A DNA stretch of 64,000 nt from Octopus vulgaris (Eukaryota): contig OX597825.1 in assembly GCA_951406725.2 (NCBI GenBank), forward strand, positions 48,732,001 through 48,796,000, written 5' to 3'. Both the position numbers and the translations under genes were made by a program. Of the stretch, positions 1 through 12,362 are shown piece by piece (position 1 is the stretch's first letter; every line of letters starts with the position of its first letter). The notes beneath the pieces were generated by a model that did no database searches, was not told the DNA's origin, and saw only the letters and a list, made by a program, of their open reading frames with translations.

Positions 1-845
1 TGTTGCAGCGCTTTGGTAACTTGCCTCTTTAGGCCTAGTTTTATATGCAGTGGTGGCAAAATGATTTTTTCCTTCATAACTACATTATGGCATCCAGGCG
101 TCATAGTCTTCCTAGGTGGCCATTCTAGGCGTACATAATGTTCTGATCAAGCCATACTGTCCCATTTGCAAAGGAAACACATAGACTTGGTGTATCCAGT
201 ATGTAGCTAATTAAGTAGGGTTACTACTTTCAAGTCCGCACAAATTAGCCCCTCATGCTTCTTGTAACTTATGCGGTCTAGAATAAAAGCGATGTTCTTA
301 TATGGCTCTCTAAAAATGACTCAGTGAGCAACTGGAACTGAAGGCATTGTGTTGCCAATGTGCAACAGAACCGCCTTTATGCTATAAAGGGATGCATCTA
401 TGGAGAACCTCCACTCATTTGGTTCATAGGTCAGCACAAGGGCATTGAATAGGTCTCTTGGTATCATTACAATAAGTCAAGTGAAGAATTATGCAGATGA
501 CACTAGATTTTCTACTGATACAATGACAACTGGATGCATGCATTGTAAAGCAAAGAAATGTCCTGGAGAGACACCTGCATTGTGCTGCAGTGGTGGGAAG
601 GTTAAACTCCCAGCAATACCCCAACCTCCAGAGCTATTGAAGAAACTGTTATCATCAACTGACTAAGATTCCAAGCACTTCCAAGAACTGTAGATCTGCA
701 GAACGCTTGCTAAATACTGTAATTCGAGCATCTTTATCCAACAGGTTCCATTGTTACAGACAGGAGGCTTAGACGTCACTCTGTTGCTTTGTTATCAGTT
801 TCAGCTCAATCCTGTTTGTACTCAATTCATACGGAACCATCAGTG
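1..845 (-). mobile_element. Decayed Chapaev-type (CMC) DNA transposase fragment, interrupted at ~489-688
   Basis: Manual minus-strand translation gives, in order, QWNLLDKDARITVFSKRS, LTYCND, YEPNEWRFSIDAS, SIKAVLLHIGNTMPSVPVAH, ICADLKVVTLL..GYTKSMCFLCKWDS and KIILPPLHIKLGL. These match motifs I recall for Chapaev3-type transposases. Several stops; runs off the window start. Confidence 0.8.
489..688 (+). mobile_element. Helitron Rep-helicase N-terminal fragment without termini
   Basis: ORF 445-666 reads CMHCKAKK.PGETPALCCSGGKVKLP...PPELLKKLL then *DSKHFQ. Homologous in inverted orientation to 2161-2358. Confidence 0.8.
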
Positions 846-1719
846 TATCTAATGTAAGATGGTAATTTACGAAAAACTACACACAAAATACCTCTAGGAA
901 AGGTTATTTTCATTTCCGTATTTTTTATTGTTATATAGTGTTATTGATATCACTATCGCAGGAGAAAGTAGAGGAAGATAAAGAGCATGAAAATATGGAA
1001 AAGTATGATCCACCGAAGGAGATTGGAATGCTGTGAGGGATGAAGAAAATGTTAGTGATTCCAGTGGTGACCGGATCATTGACAAGCATATCAGACAGTT
1101 TCGAGTACTGTAAATAAAATCGGAATTGTTGCAAGGTCACAGGTCATGCAAAAGACAACACTTTTTGGTACAGCAGGAATTCTAAGGGTATCTTGTCTAT
1201 GTAAGGTAAAGGAGAAGAAGTAGAAAGGGACTTTTGTCAAGTTGTTGTTGACTGCTCCTTAAGTGAAATGCCCGGACTGTTTAACATTTAAGTCTCTGAG
1301 ATTTACAAAAATGAAACATAATAATGTCATTAGTCACCACTGTAAAAGAACAGTACAGAACAATTCAATGCGATATGATGTGATGAGGGATTATATTAAA
1401 CAGTAAAATATGAAAAGAATGAAAAGTTTTAAAATTTCCTAAAGGTACTGGTGGGGACACTTCCAAGGCAGGCTCGTAGAAATCCTACAAAAACTACGGC
1501 CACCCCGACCACTGGGGCAAGTGCTCTCTCCATATTTATTTCACAATGTACAGCTGCATGCTTAGAGCAGCATCGTCGACTCGGACAATTATTCCCGCGT
1601 TCATCCATCTTTCAACACACTGACTTTTATTTTGAAGTAATACATTCCTTCCACATCAATTGATCGTTAAACAGCATGGCTTTTATAGCGAGCTTATTCA
1701 TAGAAAAAATATTATATTT

Positions 1720-2839
1720 ATAGCAGAAATAGCATAAATAGCCGGCGTTACCCTGGTTAAAGAGAATAATGAAATTTAAAAACGCCGTCTAGATTACGCA
1801 GGTCTCAACTGCTTGTAGCTGAGATATCTACTTTTACATTAATAACTCACCAACCCATACCAACATGGAACATAGACGTTAAGTGAAATGTTCGAAGAAA
1901 GTTTTCAACTTATATATGTATGTAAAGAAAATATACGTAATTGTTTTGACTAGCTTATTTCATAACCAAACAATAGGTACAGTTTATAAACAATGAAAGG
2001 CCAAATTTGGTGATTCATTTGACAGAGTTAGTAGAGAGCCAATCCGAGGATAAATCTGACCTTGGATCTTGAAAGTTTGCATGAAACCTGACTTAATTAA
2101 ATCTCTTGTGGCGCCAAGTGATGTCATCTGTAGTGCAGCATTGTATTGTCTAATTTTATTTTGGAAGTGCCTGGAATCTTGGTCAGTTGATGACAACAGT
2201 TTCTTTAAATGGCACTGGTGGTTGGGGAATTACAGGGAGTTTAACCTTTCCACCACTGCGGCACAGTGAAGGTGTCTCTCCAGGTCACTTCCTTACTTTA
2301 CAATGTATGCACTCAATTGTTATTGCATCAATGGAAACTCTAGAGTCATCTGCATAATGACCTGCTAGATCATAATTGAAAGCTGCTTCATAGAAGTTGT
2401 TCTGCAGTGGAGATCCTATTCCTTGTCAGCCATGCATACCTCTGTTCATCACTTTGAGATGCTCTGGCTTTAGTAGTGCACACTGTGTTCATTTCTAGAA
2501 AGCCAGAAGTAAATATTTAAAATACTTTCAAAGACGGGTATCTAATATAAAATGCAATATTTTTTTTTAATGACCAAGAGATGTAAAGGAGACAATCAAT
2601 TTCTGAAAGTTACTTCGCAAAGAGTTACTTCCCTTCACGTAACTAGGAACGGGTGTTTTCTGCCCCCAGGGGCCCGTTACTGATTATGTAAAAAACTTTA
2701 AGAGTTTGAAACCATCTCTGAAACATAAGTGATGTATGTACCCAGTTTGGAGAAAATCAGTCGAAAAATACGGCCGTTATAATCTGTTAGACACACACAC
2801 ACACACACACACACAGAGAAGGGGATTTATATTAATAGA
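1720..2839 (-). mobile_element. Internally deleted Helitron with Rep remnant
   Basis: Minus-strand 5' end A|TCTATTAATATAAA followed by (TG)n. Rep remnant SRHFQNKIRQYNAALQMTSLGA..GFMQTFKIQGQIYPRIGSLL (1984-2196). Degenerate GC-rich 3' hairpin (ccagggtaacgccgg) near a CTAG-like end at ~1720. Confidence 0.75.
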
Positions 2840-3217
2840 TATATCAGATTCAGCAGAACCTTAGGAAAAATCATAACATTTCATCTTTCGAGTGCTGATA
2901 CAATAATTACTAATCGTGTGGGGAATTCCCTTCTTATTTATTACATGACTTAAACTTTATGTTTAAAGTTGTGAAACGGAAAATGTTTGAAAATGTGTAA
3001 GTGAAAGTATCAATGTATCACACACTGTCTTTAATTATGGCGGATAATTACGTCATGTGACGTGTAGAATTCACGACAATGTACAGTACACTTGAATGTG
3101 CAGTAACTACGTGGATCTAACAATTGAATAATCATCGCTGAAACTGAGAGTTCATTTAGTTTCATTGAATAAAAGCAGAGATGTTCGATTTTTAATATCA
3201 TATTTTTGTTTTGAGAT

Positions 3218-3345
<128 letters not shown>

Positions 3346-4066
3346 TGCATGTATGCATGTATATGAATTTCAGGGCCTAACCAATCTAATGCGCATAATT
3401 ATACCATAAAGCACTCCTTGATGTTAGATAGAATAAGGAAATTATGAAATGGAAGTGTAACTAGGTTATGAATTATGGTAGAATATGGTTAAATTTAATA
3501 TTTGCGTGTGTGTGTGTGTGTTATTTTTATGGTAAAATATTTGAAACCGATGTTACAATAAATTGAATAAGATTCAGGGAAATAAGTTCGTGAGGAATAT
3601 CACTGAAAAGAAATATTCGTTTTATGAGGAATTTATGTATAAAATGAGAAACGACTTTGGTGTTTCCCTTTATGAAATCTGAGAAATCATGAAGCGTCAC
3701 GTAAAATTCTTAGAAAAACTTGAATAAAATTTTCTATAACTGTAGCTTACAGAAACAAATAGAACGTTGCGAAGATGATCTTATTCATTATTTGTGAAAA
3801 GAATTATAATTTTCATTCGATTTTCTTTTCTTTTCTATTTATAAAATAGAAGAAAATTGCTTTTCACTGGGGAGAGCAGATACAACAGTAAATATTTTAT
3901 CAATTGTTTATTTTATTTTCCTTTATTTAAGACCCTTACCGTTGTCCATAAAACAACCAAAAACATTTTCCCCATGTCAGCAAGATTACAATAAAGGAAT
4001 ATCTTTCCATATTGAAATGGAATTAATAGCAAAGAAACAGAAATTATTTTCCCTAACAAGAGCAAT

Positions 4067-4708
4067 TTATAATCCAATAATGTCGATAATTTCACTTCAT
4101 TCAGGATATTTCTTTCTCTCATAAAAGAAGCTTCAAATTAAATTCTGTGAAAGGTAGACCACCATTTTAAATTTCTGTTCAACTGATAAGTGACAGTCAC
4201 CAAATGTTTACTTTTCATACGTAATTAACAGTTTCGAAACGATATAAAGATCAATATAAGAAATTTCATCCTTCGGTATATTTTTGAAATAGTTTCATTT
4301 TTCAGTTCTCATCAATTCTATTATTCTGTCTTGAGTCATAAAAGTGGAAATTGCATTTTCTATTTCTGTCAAGATATTATAGCTATTTTTTAAAACCACA
4401 ACAATGGCAGAAAAGTGATTGTCTTTTGGAAACCTCGTTAATAAAGAATTTAGTTTGTTTTTAATTTTAATTTTAGAATCTGTGATTTCTCTTTCCAGAA
4501 TACGAAGTAGATCGTTTGGCAATTGCAACGAGTTTCATTGAGATTTATACTTCATCAACAATTGCTGCTGCTGGTTTCATGTCATCCGTGCTTTAATATC
4601 AATAAGCACTAGTGCACGTAGCCTTGAAATTGCATCAGATATGTTACGCAGAGTAAAATTGCAGTATTTTGTTTCGTTTCGCAATGCCTTACAGTTAACC
4701 TGACTGGT
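4067..4708 (-). pseudogene. Decayed coding-like frame of unknown family
   Basis: One frame of ~210 codons broken by only 5 TGA and 1 internal TAA, in AT-rich DNA; includes ORF 4295-4528. No domain recognised. Confidence 0.35.
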
Positions 4709-4722
4709 AAACTACCTTGTAA

Positions 4723-4912
4723 GATTGGTTTCAAATTTTGACTCTGGGCCAGTAATTTCGGGGGACGGTGTAAATCGATACATCGACCCCAGTACTCAAC
4801 TGGTACTTATCTTATCGACTCTGAAAAGATGAAGGAAAAGTCGACCTCGGTGGAATTTGAACTCAGAACATAAAGAGTGGCGAAATGTCGCTAAACATTT
4901 TGATCGCCACCT
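4723..4912 (-). mobile_element. tRNA-derived SINE (Meta/MESC-like central domain) with 15 bp TSD
   Basis: Minus strand has B-box-like GAGTTCAAATTCC, then GGTCGAC..TTCATC..GTCGATAA..AGTACCAG. Flanked by taaactaccttgtaa (4708-4722) and taaactaccttgcaa (4913-4927). Confidence 0.85.
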
Positions 4913-4944
4913 TAAACTACCTTGCAATACACTGTAAAGAATAA

Positions 4945-5090
4945 TGAGCTGGCAAAGTTGGTGAATTAACAGAAACTATTAACGCGTTGGATATAATGCA
5001 TTTCGGTGTTTTCTTCTAATCACTGCATTCTGTGTTCAAATTCTGCCAAAATAGCCATCACCTTTCATCCTTTCAAGCTCGATAAAACAT
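4945..5090 (+). mobile_element. Degenerate SINE of the same superfamily
   Basis: gtgttcaaattctgcc..cctttcatcctttcaagctcgataaaa. Confidence 0.6.
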
Positions 5091-5099
5091 ACCCCTACC

Positions 5100-5167
<68 letters not shown>

Positions 5168-5174
<7 letters not shown>

Positions 5175-5967
5175 AAAGGGCTTAGTAAAATAAATTACTT
5201 TGCCGCATACTGAACTCATTAGAAATAGCAGCTAAAAAACTTTTTTAAAGCTATTTCTAATACTTAAAGAAAATCTCTCTCATATAGTGTTTGCTTAACT
5301 CAACTCACGAAAGTTTGGGGGTAAAGACATCAAAAAATCAAATGCAAAGGTTATTTGAGAACGTACGTTTCAAGATTAGTCAACACGACACTTCTATCAT
5401 CAGCTCAGAAACTCCTTGGTTTGGATTTGAAAACACTGAAAGTGAGAGCATACCCTTTCGGCTTCTCATCGCTTTCGAAGATCTGCTCGTAACTAACAGT
5501 GCCAACAAACTCAAATATGCAAGCGAAGAATTTCTGTTCTCCCCTTTCCACCAGCGTGGGTTAAAATCAGCAAACACTATGCTTATTTCGGTAAAATCCG
5601 AAGCATTAATTAGAGGGAGATTAATTATAATTTCAACAATTGAGGGTAAAATTAATTAATTATTAATCAATTTCACCAAGTGTTCAGTATGCAAAGGGAC
5701 CATTTTTTTGATGTCTTTACCCCCAAACTTTCGTGAGTTGAGTTAAGCAAACACTATATGAGAGAGATTTTCTTTAAGTATTAGAAATAGCTTTAAAAAA
5801 GTTTTTTAGCTGCTATTTCTAATGAGTTCAGTATGCGGCAAAGTAATTTATTTTACTAAGCCCTTTTATATAATGTAATAATTTGAATTCGCCTTAAATG
5901 GTCCCTTTGCATACTGAACACTTGGTGAAATTGATTAATAATTAATTAATTTTACCCTCAATTGTTG

Positions 5968-5975
<8 letters not shown>
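5168..5975. mobile_element. ORF-less, hammerhead-bearing two-arm element inside (TA)n (PLE-type terminus / retrozyme-like)
   Basis: Apparently exact inverted repeats 5168-5337 vs 5703-5872 and 5626-5705 vs 5896-5975; (TA)n on both sides; HHR at 5352-5413. Confidence 0.7.
5352..5413 (-). ncRNA. Type I hammerhead ribozyme, intact core
   Basis: Minus strand reads ugag-CUGAUGA-(stem II)-GAAAC-guac-GUU-cuca. Stem I is ugag/cuca; stem III region is palindromic (AACGUACGUU), as in PLE minimal HHRs. Confidence 0.7.
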
Positions 5976-6017
<42 letters not shown>

Positions 6018-6469
6018 CATGTGTGTGTGTGTGTATGTATATAATATGTATATATATATATATATGTATATCTTCATTCTAAACATAATTATAAATGAAA
6101 ACAAACATTGAAGGATCACTTAATATTTTTCAGTACAGTATCATCTAAGTTTAGAAGGAAAAGTTGACAGTCATTTTGAAGTTTCAGCCATGTAAGTTTT
6201 CATTGAGACAGACAGACAGAATTTATATAGGAACACACAAACTTACCTATATGCAGAAACGAATACACCTCCAAACACTAACATACATAAAATATTAGCA
6301 TCAACATGATGGGACATACACGTAACAGAAATACTCGCGGAAGCATCGTTGGATATATACATATAAAGCATACTGATATACACATGCATATGCACTCGCT
6401 TAAGCAAGAAAAACATAGACATGCGTGTATGTGTGCGTTTGTAGGAAAAGGTGTATAAAGGTGCAACGT

Positions 6470-6720
6470 GAAGACTCACTCATGTGGAAGATGCGGTTTC
6501 AGTGGGGAAAAGGAGCAAGAGTTAAAACTAGGAGGAGAAAGTAAAATGGTAGAGAAAGAGCTGGGGACGAAGAAGCTTCAGAGGGGACAGGTGAATTTGA
6601 AGAAGAGAACTGTAAGAGACGAAATAATTGGAGAGTGATAGAGTAGGATTGGAAACAGCGGAATATGCAATTGATGGTAAACTGGAGGTGCTAACAGAGG
6701 GGTCATGCAAACTAGAACTG
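6470..6720 (-). mobile_element. CR1/L2-group LINE RT C-terminal remnant
   Basis: Degenerate translation resembles the RT C-terminus of this group (..SL..YF..YSS.L.. then SF.P.T..). Heavily decayed. Confidence 0.4.
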
Positions 6721-6887
6721 CTCTCAATAGGTCATTTTAGTCGATCTGACACCAAACTGGATGATATAATCAGTGTGCAGAATCAGTTTTAATGTATTTC
6801 TCTTTTGATGCAACAAAACTTTAGTAACTTTATACTCACTGTGTATTGAGAAATTTTATGATGTGAAGCAATGTCTGAAAATTATTT

Positions 6888-7028
6888 ATACATACATACA
6901 TACATACATACATACATACATACATACATACATACATACATACATACATGCATATATACATACATGCATACATACATACATACATACACACATACATACA
7001 TACATACATACATACATACATACATACA

Positions 7029-7056
<28 letters not shown>
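6888..7056. repeat. (ATAC)n microsatellite
   Basis: Direct reading. Confidence 0.97.
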
Positions 7057-7060
<4 letters not shown>

Positions 7061-7222
7061 CACTCGCGAGTGCGCACAAATATATATTCCAGTGGGTGAG
7101 AAGTCTAAAAGAATCTAATTGGAATAAGAATTGAACGATAAATTCTTGAGTAAACAAAATATTTAATCCATAATCGTTAGACTGATAAAATATATTTTGT
7201 CGAACTAACGCTTATGGATTAA

Positions 7223-7323
<101 letters not shown>

Positions 7324-9656
7324 CTAGGACAGTTTTAATGATGATGTACTACAATTATTGAGGAAAGTACCAATTTCTGACAAGCTTGTCATATTGGGAG
7401 ATTTCAAAACAAGAGTTGGAAATGACTGCATTTCATGGCCTGTTTTATGCCGACGTGGGATTGGAAAATGTAATAAAAATGGTGTAGCTCTTTTAACGTT
7501 TTGTACTGAGAATAATCTAGTTGTTACCAACACTCTGTTTAAGCAGAAAAATGAATATAGCACTCAGGATTTAAGGAAAGGCATCTCATAGATCATATTT
7601 TGATCAGGAAGCGTGATATGAAGGATGTTTCTAGTGTTCAGACCATGAAAGGAGCAGAGAGCGGGACTAACCATCATCTAGTGCGTGAGAAAATGAAAGT
7701 TTCAATAATTCCTAAAAGTTGACAGTCTGGTCCTATGGTACCGAAAAACTTAAATGTTGCAAACTTCAATCACCAAGCAACTTGCAAAGATTCTATATTA
7801 TAGAAAGTATCAATCTTGATCCAAAAAAATCTATGGGTTGATATCAAAACCCAAAGTATTTCGGCGTAAGTCCAGTTACTGGTTTTCAGACAAATCACCA
7901 GAAATTCATGATCTACTTTTAGAAAAACGAAACCTAGGCAATACACTTCTTTCTCAGTTTTTGAATCCCAACTCAAAGGAAGCTTTAAAAAAGCTGAAAG
8001 CGAAAGAGCAGCAGACTATTCTAGGGAAAATTAAACAGGAATGGTGGAATGACAGAGCAAAAGGGGTGCAAGAAGCAGCTGATAGAAATGATGCCAAAGG
8101 TTTGCACTCTAATGTTAAGGAGGCATATGGCTCAAAATCTTCTTCAGTAGCTCCAGTAGGAAGAGCAAATGGACATGTGCTTTTGACTGACACCGCTTCT
8201 ACTCATAAAAGTTGAGTGGAAAATTTTTCTGCACTTCTGGATAGACCATCATCCATTGACATGAGGATGATAAAAAATATCGAACACCTTCCATTTATAG
8301 AGAAGATGTCATTTGAACAAACTCTAAATGTCATTTATTTAGCTGTGAATGAGCTGAATAACATTAAGTCTCAAGAGTCTGATGGAATTTGTGCAGAGGT
8401 CTTGAAATATCGAGGAGACAAAATCTTTGAACTCGTAAATATATTAATTTGTCGCTGTTGGAGAATTGAGGGAGTACCTGAAGACTGGAGTGATGCCATT
8501 TTACTCTCCTTGTATAAATCGGGGTCAAAGGATCTGTGTGGTAATTTTCGTGAGATTTCGTTTTTGCTTGTAGTTGAAAAGGTCCTTGCCCACGTTCTGT
8601 TAGAATGTTTAAATACCAAATATAGTATCCTAGTCTTAGTGTGGTTGATTGTGTCTTTAGTATCAGAAAATTTCAGGAAAAGTGCATTGAACTGAATCTT
8701 GCCCTATACCATTGCTTTGATGATTTAAGAAAGGCATTCGACACTGTTAATCGAAATGCATTGTGGCTAATTCTAAGGAAAATAGGTTACCCAGAAAAAT
8801 TTGATATGAAGGCTTGAGTTAATTTTGATGGTAGGCTTTCTGAATCTTTTGCCTTGGAAAATGGAGTAAACAAAGGAGACCTTGATGCACCCACCCTCTT
8901 TGCAATATACTTCGCTGTTGTGCTGTTACACGCTTTTCAAAACTCTGCGGAGGGTATTTACTTAAAATATCGAACAACAGGGAATATTTTTAATCCGACC
9001 AGACTGAAATTCAGCACAAAGGCTTTTATTTCACTCATTAGGAAACTCTTATACACTGATAATTGTGATGAATTAGGCTTGACCATCAATCTGGAAAAAG
9101 AATATCAGTTGTAATGCTTCAGCCTGAACGTGGTGTTATTTGCGACTTATCTAAAATCTTTGCTATGGGTAAGGTTGTTGACTCTTTCATTTACCTTGGA
9201 AGCTCTGTACAGAGTGAGGGAAATCTAGACACAGAAATACTTCTGCGAATTCAAAGCGCAGTACAAGCATTTGGTCACCACGCGTTTGATTTATAGTCAC
9301 CACGCGTTTGACGCCAACAACGTATAAATAATAACACAAAATTGTCTCTTTACAAATCGTTTTATTCTTCTAGAACATGGACATGTAATGAAAGACATTT
9401 CAAATAGTTTGAACGATTCCAACAAAATTGCCTTCGCCGGGTTTTGAACATGGAGTGGAGTGAAAGTATTTGAGGAGGCCAGGATAACACATCCAAGACT
9501 CAAGAGAGATTTAAAGAAGAATGTTGCGATGGAGAAGGTGAATCTCAGTGACCTTTTTGTGGGCACAGTTTGTGATGAACCATGCCTTTCTTTTGCTAGG
9601 CTCAACTCTCATTTGAGGACCCATGAAAAACGAACCTCCACCAACTATTCAACCTA

Positions 9657-10946
9657 CGAGGGACGTTCAATAAGTAATGCCTCTGACCCACTTGCAGTTG
9701 TTTGATCTAGCTGACATTTTGCATGTGCAATTATTCATATCTCTATAGAGTAAGTGGCACATTACAGCTCTGAATTAATTGTGGTTTCTGATTTACAGGT
9801 GTTTGAACCGAGTCAAGTGTGAAATGGAGCCTGTTGAGTGTCGAGCAGTGATCCGGTTTTTGTATTTGAAAGGACGCACACCACGGGAGACTTTTGATGA
9901 AATGAAAGTAACTTATGGTGATGATGCCCCATCATATGACCTTGTAAAACGCTGGCATCGTGAATTCAAACATGGTCGGAACTCTGTGGAAACAGCTCTC
10001 AGATCTGGTCGCCCCTTCTGCCATTGATGAGGCATCTGTCCGTCAAGTTGAGGCTGCCATTTTGGAAGATCGACGCATAATTATTCGCCAAATAGCCCAT
10101 GAGGTCAAGATTAGTACCGGGTCTGTGGAAACTATCATTCATGACCATTTGCATATGCAAAAGGTGTCTGCCAGATGGATTCCCAGGTTGCTCACGCCTT
10201 TCCAGAAACAAGAACGCGTCGAGTGCTCGAGGGTGAATTTGGAGATGTGCCAAGAAGATGAATCAAAATTTTTCAAAAGACTGATTACACAGGATGAAAC
10301 CTGGGTCCATCACGATGATCCAGAGACCAAAGTCGAGTCAATGCAGTGGAAGGACCGTGACTCACCCCCTCCAAAGAAGGCAAGGGTGCAGTCCTCCGCT
10401 GGCAAGGTCATGCTCACAGTCGTCTGGGACCAGGACGGAGTAGTGATGACAGATTTCCTGGCAAAGGGTACCACAATTGCAGGAGCCTATTATGCTTCAC
10501 TTTTGAGGAAATTAAGAGAAGTTATCAAAATCAAGAGGCGGGTCAAGATTAGCAAAGGTATCCTCCTCCTGCAGGACAACGCTCCGGTCCACAACTCGCT
10601 TGTCGCCAGATCAGAAGCACAGGCGTATGGCTATGAGCTCCTCCCCCATCCCCCTACTTTCCGGACCTTGCACCCTCTGATTTTCACCTCTTCCCAGTCA
10701 TGAAGTTGTTTTTGAAAGGAAAGCGTTTCCCTGATGATGCAGCCTTGATTTCTGAAGTCACGTTCAGGTTGGAGGACCAAGCTGGGGTCTTCTACAAAAA
10801 CGGTCTCCAGAGCTGCATCAAACAATGGGAGAAATGCGTTACTCTGGGTGGTTGCTATGTAGAAAAAGACTAATAACTGTGCCAAGTTTCGTTGCTCTAC
10901 TGCTATGGGAAGTGGGTCAGGGGCATTACTTATTGAACGCCCCTCG
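9657..10946 (+). mobile_element. Full-length mariner (DD34D-type), 1290 bp, TA TSD
   Basis: 37 bp TIRs cgagggacgttcaataagtaatgcctctgacccactt with 2 mismatches between ends; TA at 9655-9656 and 10947-10948. Confidence 0.97.
9824..10873 (+). pseudogene. Mariner transposase with two frameshifts (~10015, ~10655)
   Basis: MEPVECRAVIRFL..RSGRP / WIPRLL / TQDETWV / LQDNAPVH / LAPSDFHLF..GCYVEKD*. Confidence 0.93.
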
Positions 10947-11964
10947 TATGTATCTGTGCACACCTTTCAATGCCGTGTATGCCATAAGGTCTGCAATTCT
11001 AAAAGAGGTCTCAAAATACATTTTAAAGCCAACAAAGTTCAGAACTTAACGGCAGCTCTTGATGGTCCAAATCGGATATGCAATCTAAGTAAGTGTCTTT
11101 TCAATACGCTGTCTCGTTTAAAAAGCCACATCAGACGCCATGATGAATCTAAGGTATAGGTACAAGAGGTGGTCAGACTCTGCATACGGAGTAGACAACC
11201 ACCTTATATATATATATGTATACAAGACTATATTATTCTCTGTATATATGCGTGTCTCTGAGCGTACAAACATATATATGTATGCGTCTGCACTGGCGTA
11301 AATGAACAACCATATACACATTGTTTTAAAAAATATTAAAGAATTACTTATAAGTATTATTTTGGAATAATGTGTTTACGTCCCCGTAACTTAATGGGGA
11401 CCGTTACTTAAGCAGCAATGCAATTTCACTACTTCCATTGTATGGAGTATATAACGTTTATAATAACATTTCCACTAGAACCAGAAATGAAACCAGAAGC
11501 GTGAGATAGAAGCAGCCGTTTTCGCACTAGGTTTTTAAACGAAAGACATAAAGAGAAGCGCTTTCTTTAAGCCTTCATGTCATATTAAAAGAACAAAGAC
11601 AAAAAAATCAAACAGTGGGTATTTCAAAGGACAAGAGACTCGATTTACCAACTGATGATCGGAAACGATCAACTGTGAGTATTGGAAATTGGAACCTTTC
11701 AGTTATAATATACATACATACATAAATACATAATACATACATACATACATAAATACATAATACATACATACATACATAAATACATAATACATACATACAT
11801 ACATACATACAAACATATATATATAATTAAATAATATTGGGGTAAGTACCTTGTAATATGGCCATGCAAAGTTCTACACTTATTGGCCATCTGATGTCAT
11901 ACAGTAGAAATGCTCTTGCGAGTGTAAATACATCAAGAATTCAATAATATCTATATAGACAGAT

Positions 11965-12305
11965 AAATAATTGAAACTGGATTGAACGACAGTCTTTATT
12001 CAAAATCACTACAACTGTTTCGACATATTTTTACACTCGTAGTACATTGTTGAGATAATAAGATTACCACTTTGTGTAATCAAGATCATCCATCCAAAGT
12101 GTAAGATGCGCCTTCTCATGTGATTGTTTTAAATAATCCTTCGTTAGATCATACTGTCCTTTCACGAATTCATCTTATGACAACTTTGCATTTCAGTCCT
12201 CAATAAAGTATGTACAAGTATTAGCATTTATAGAATCGGCACCAGGTTTTGCTCCTTATATGGAAAGAAAATCCGATCCATTGATGTTTGAAAGCAAGCT
12301 TTATA

Positions 12306-12362
<57 letters not shown>

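Larger units (their letters stand above)
7324..11210 (+). mobile_element. 5'-truncated decayed RTE-clade LINE (APE + RT + C-terminal zinc fingers), split by a mariner
   Basis: APE motifs LVILGDFKTRVG, N.NG..LL.FC.EN.LVVTNT.F and IDHIL. RT motifs GNFREISFL, DLRKAFDTVNR, NGVNKGDLDAPTLF, LLYTDNC (YADD position) and FIYLGS. 3' stem-loop then TA tail. Confidence 0.9.

Noticed and set aside
890-1200. Possible upstream continuation of the Chapaev transposase (IPHS, FCMT)
   Set aside because: Similarity too weak to support.
5291-5659. 122 aa ORF inside the two-arm element
   Set aside because: TTG start, no recognisable motif, antisense to the HHR.
6836-7157. MYVC/HTYI repeat ORFs (also at 28.5, 36.6, 42.1, 48.1 and 54.5 kb)
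   Set aside because: Microsatellite translations.
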